A DNA stretch of 64,000 bases. Source: an uncultured Verrucomicrobiae bacterium. GTDB taxonomy: Bacteria > Verrucomicrobiota > Verrucomicrobiia > Limisphaerales > JAFGQR01. The stretch is from NCBI GenBank assembly GCA_963788655.1, contig CAWBHS010000065.1, positions 20,810 through 84,809 on the forward strand, given 5' to 3'. The notes beneath the pieces were generated by a model, which worked only from the letters and a program-made list of their open reading frames with translations, made no database searches and had not been told where the DNA came from. Position numbers and translations under genes: made by a program. This document shows positions 62,342 to 64,000 of the stretch, in pieces; the first letter of the stretch is position 1; each line of letters starts with the position of its first letter.

Positions 62342-62731
62342 ATGAAACACGAACTCATCCTGACACCCGAGCCCATCGATGAAGCCGCTCTGATCGCGGC
62401 GCGCTCGTTCAGCGGCAACGCGGGTGCCAGCGTGTCGTTTCTGGGGATCGTGCGGGACACTGAAGCCGGCCAACCAATTCGTGCCCTGGAATACGAGTCG
62501 TTTGGCAGCATGGCGGAGCATCAGTTCCACCTGATTTTCCGGCAAATGGAACAGCGGTGGCCCCTCGCATCGGTCCGGCTGGTGCATCGCGTGGGCATGG
62601 TGAAGGTCAACGAGCCATCGCTCTGGGTGGAAGTGATCGCCCCGCATCGCGCTGAAGCCTTCGCTGCCTGCCAGTTTCTCATCGACGAAATGAAACGCGT
62701 CGTGCCGATTTGGAAAAAGCCGGGGCGGTAA
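62342..62731 (+). CDS. moaE: Molybdopterin synthase catalytic subunit
   Basis: GASVSFLGIVR, LEYE, HRVG, HRAEAF, MKRVVPIWKK. Confidence 0.92.
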   Translation: MKHELILTPEPIDEAALIAARSFSGNAGASVSFLGIVRDTEAGQPIRALEYESFGSMAEHQFHLIFRQMEQRWPLASVRLVHRVGMVKVNEPSLWVEVIAPHRAEAFAACQFLIDEMKRVVPIWKKPGR

Positions 62732-62734
62732 GGG

Positions 62735-62776
62735 AATGACCAATGACCAATGACCAATGACCAATGACCAATGACC
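62735..62776. repeat. Heptamer tandem repeat (aatgacc)x6
   Basis: Six perfect copies immediately after the moaE stop. Confidence 0.95.
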
Positions 62777-62790
62777 AAGCACCAGAGAAT

Positions 62791-63895
62791 GTCCAAATCC
62801 CAAACACCAATCGGACTACGAAAAACCTTCCGCGCTTTCATTGGTTCTTGAACATTGGGCCTTCTCTGGTCATTGGGCATTGGTCATTGGGCATTCTTCG
62901 AGGCGTCCGTTCCAAACTGCCGGCAAGATGCCGGCAGCACGTTGGGCAGCGTGCTGCTGGCGTCTCGCCGGAAGAAACGAATGCAAGCTGGATGTGCGAA
63001 TTCCCAACCGCCAGAGAAAGTCCAAATCCCAAGCACCAATCGGACTACGAAAAACCTTCCGCGCTTTCATTGGTTCTTGAACATTGGGCCTTCTCTGGTC
63101 ATTGGACATTGGTCATTGGGCATTCTTCGAGGCGTCCGTTCCAAACTGCCGGCAAGATGCCGGCAGCACGTTGGGCAGCGTGCTGCTGGCGTCTCGCCGG
63201 AAGAAACGAATGCAAGCTGGATGTGCGAATTCCCAACCGCCAGAGGAAGTCCAAATCCCAAACACCAATCGGATTACGAAAAACCTTCCGCGCTTTCATT
63301 GGTTCTTGAACATTGGGCCTTCTCTGGTCATTGGACATTGGTCATTGGGCATTCTTCGAGGCGTCCGTTCCAAACTGCCGGCAAGATGCCGGCAGCACGT
63401 TGGGCAGCGTGCTGCTGGCGTCTCGCCGGAAGAAACGAATGCAAGCTGGATGTGCGAATTCCCAACCGCCAGAGGAAGTCCAAATCCCAAACACCAATCG
63501 GATTACGAAAAACCTTCCGCGCTTTCATTGGTTCTTGAACATTGGGCCTTCTCTGGTCATTGGTCATTGGTCATTGGTCATTCTTCGAGGCGTCCGTTCC
63601 AAACTGCCGGCAAGATGCCGGCAGCACGTTGGGCAGCGTGCTGCTGGCGTCTCGCCGGAAGAAACGAATGCAAGCCGGATGCGCGAATTCCCAACCGCCA
63701 GAGGAAGTCCAAATCCCAAACACCAATCGGATTACGAAAAACCTTCCGCGCTTTCATTGGTTCTTGAACATTGGGCCTTCTCTGGTCATTGGTCATTGGA
63801 CATTGGGCATTCTTCGGGGCGTCCGTTCCAAACTGCCGGCAAGATGCCGGCAGCACGTTGGGCAGCGTGCTTCCTGGCGTCTCGCCGGAAGAAAG
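62791..63895. repeat. 229-bp tandem array, ~4.8 near-identical units
   Basis: gtccaaatccc recurs at 62791, 63020, 63249, 63478 and 63707; a further partial motif at ~63946-63985. Confidence 0.95.
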
Positions 63896-64000
63896 GAACG
63901 CCAGGGCGGTGTGCAAGCGACCAGCAGGTTATAATTCGGAAGGGGCCGTTCCAAACTGCCGGCAGGATGCCGGCAGCACGTTGGGAACAGCACATTGGGA

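Noticed and set aside
62034..62731. MoaD as a second ubiquitin-like tag for the proteasome
   Set aside because: It is next to moaE, consistent with ordinary molybdopterin synthesis, and over 40 kb from the proteasome operon.
62791..63895. CRISPR array
   Set aside because: Whole 229-bp units are near-identical with no unique spacers, and there are no cas genes in the window.
62764..63995. ORFs called across the tandem array
   Set aside because: They are frame-rotating translations of a repeat whose period is not a multiple of 3, with no protein motifs.

Overview
High-GC bacterial chromosome segment, most likely Verrucomicrobiota (Pedosphaera/Limisphaera-like; inferred from the UBact-proteasome operon, the doubled UvrA and the repeat style). 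About ten isolated 1-bp frameshifts, mostly in short homopolymers, suggest long-read consensus errors rather than real pseudogenes. In order: the end of a defence-type island (type III-like Mod DNA methyltransferase, a coupled two-gene module with a possible ADP-ribosyltransferase-fold protein, a helicase remnant); a tandem-fused double uvrA; a TMTC-like glycosyltransferase and pilC; a complete UBact/proteasome operon (arc-dop-ubact-prcB-prcA-pafA, ubact missed by the ORF track) divergent from a Fur-family regulator plus suf Fe-S operon; remnants of rtcB, cobW and vapC; an SSS transporter; a large secreted glycoside hydrolase; cbiX; recQ; a ribose-type ABC operon with rbsK; an aminotransferase; a five-gene signalling cluster including a ~2,480-aa multi-PAS kinase; dUTPase-hpt-moaD-moaE; and a 229-bp tandem array. 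Several REP-like palindrome families and heptamer-repeat hairpins are dispersed through the window, two of them inserted in-frame in proteins.
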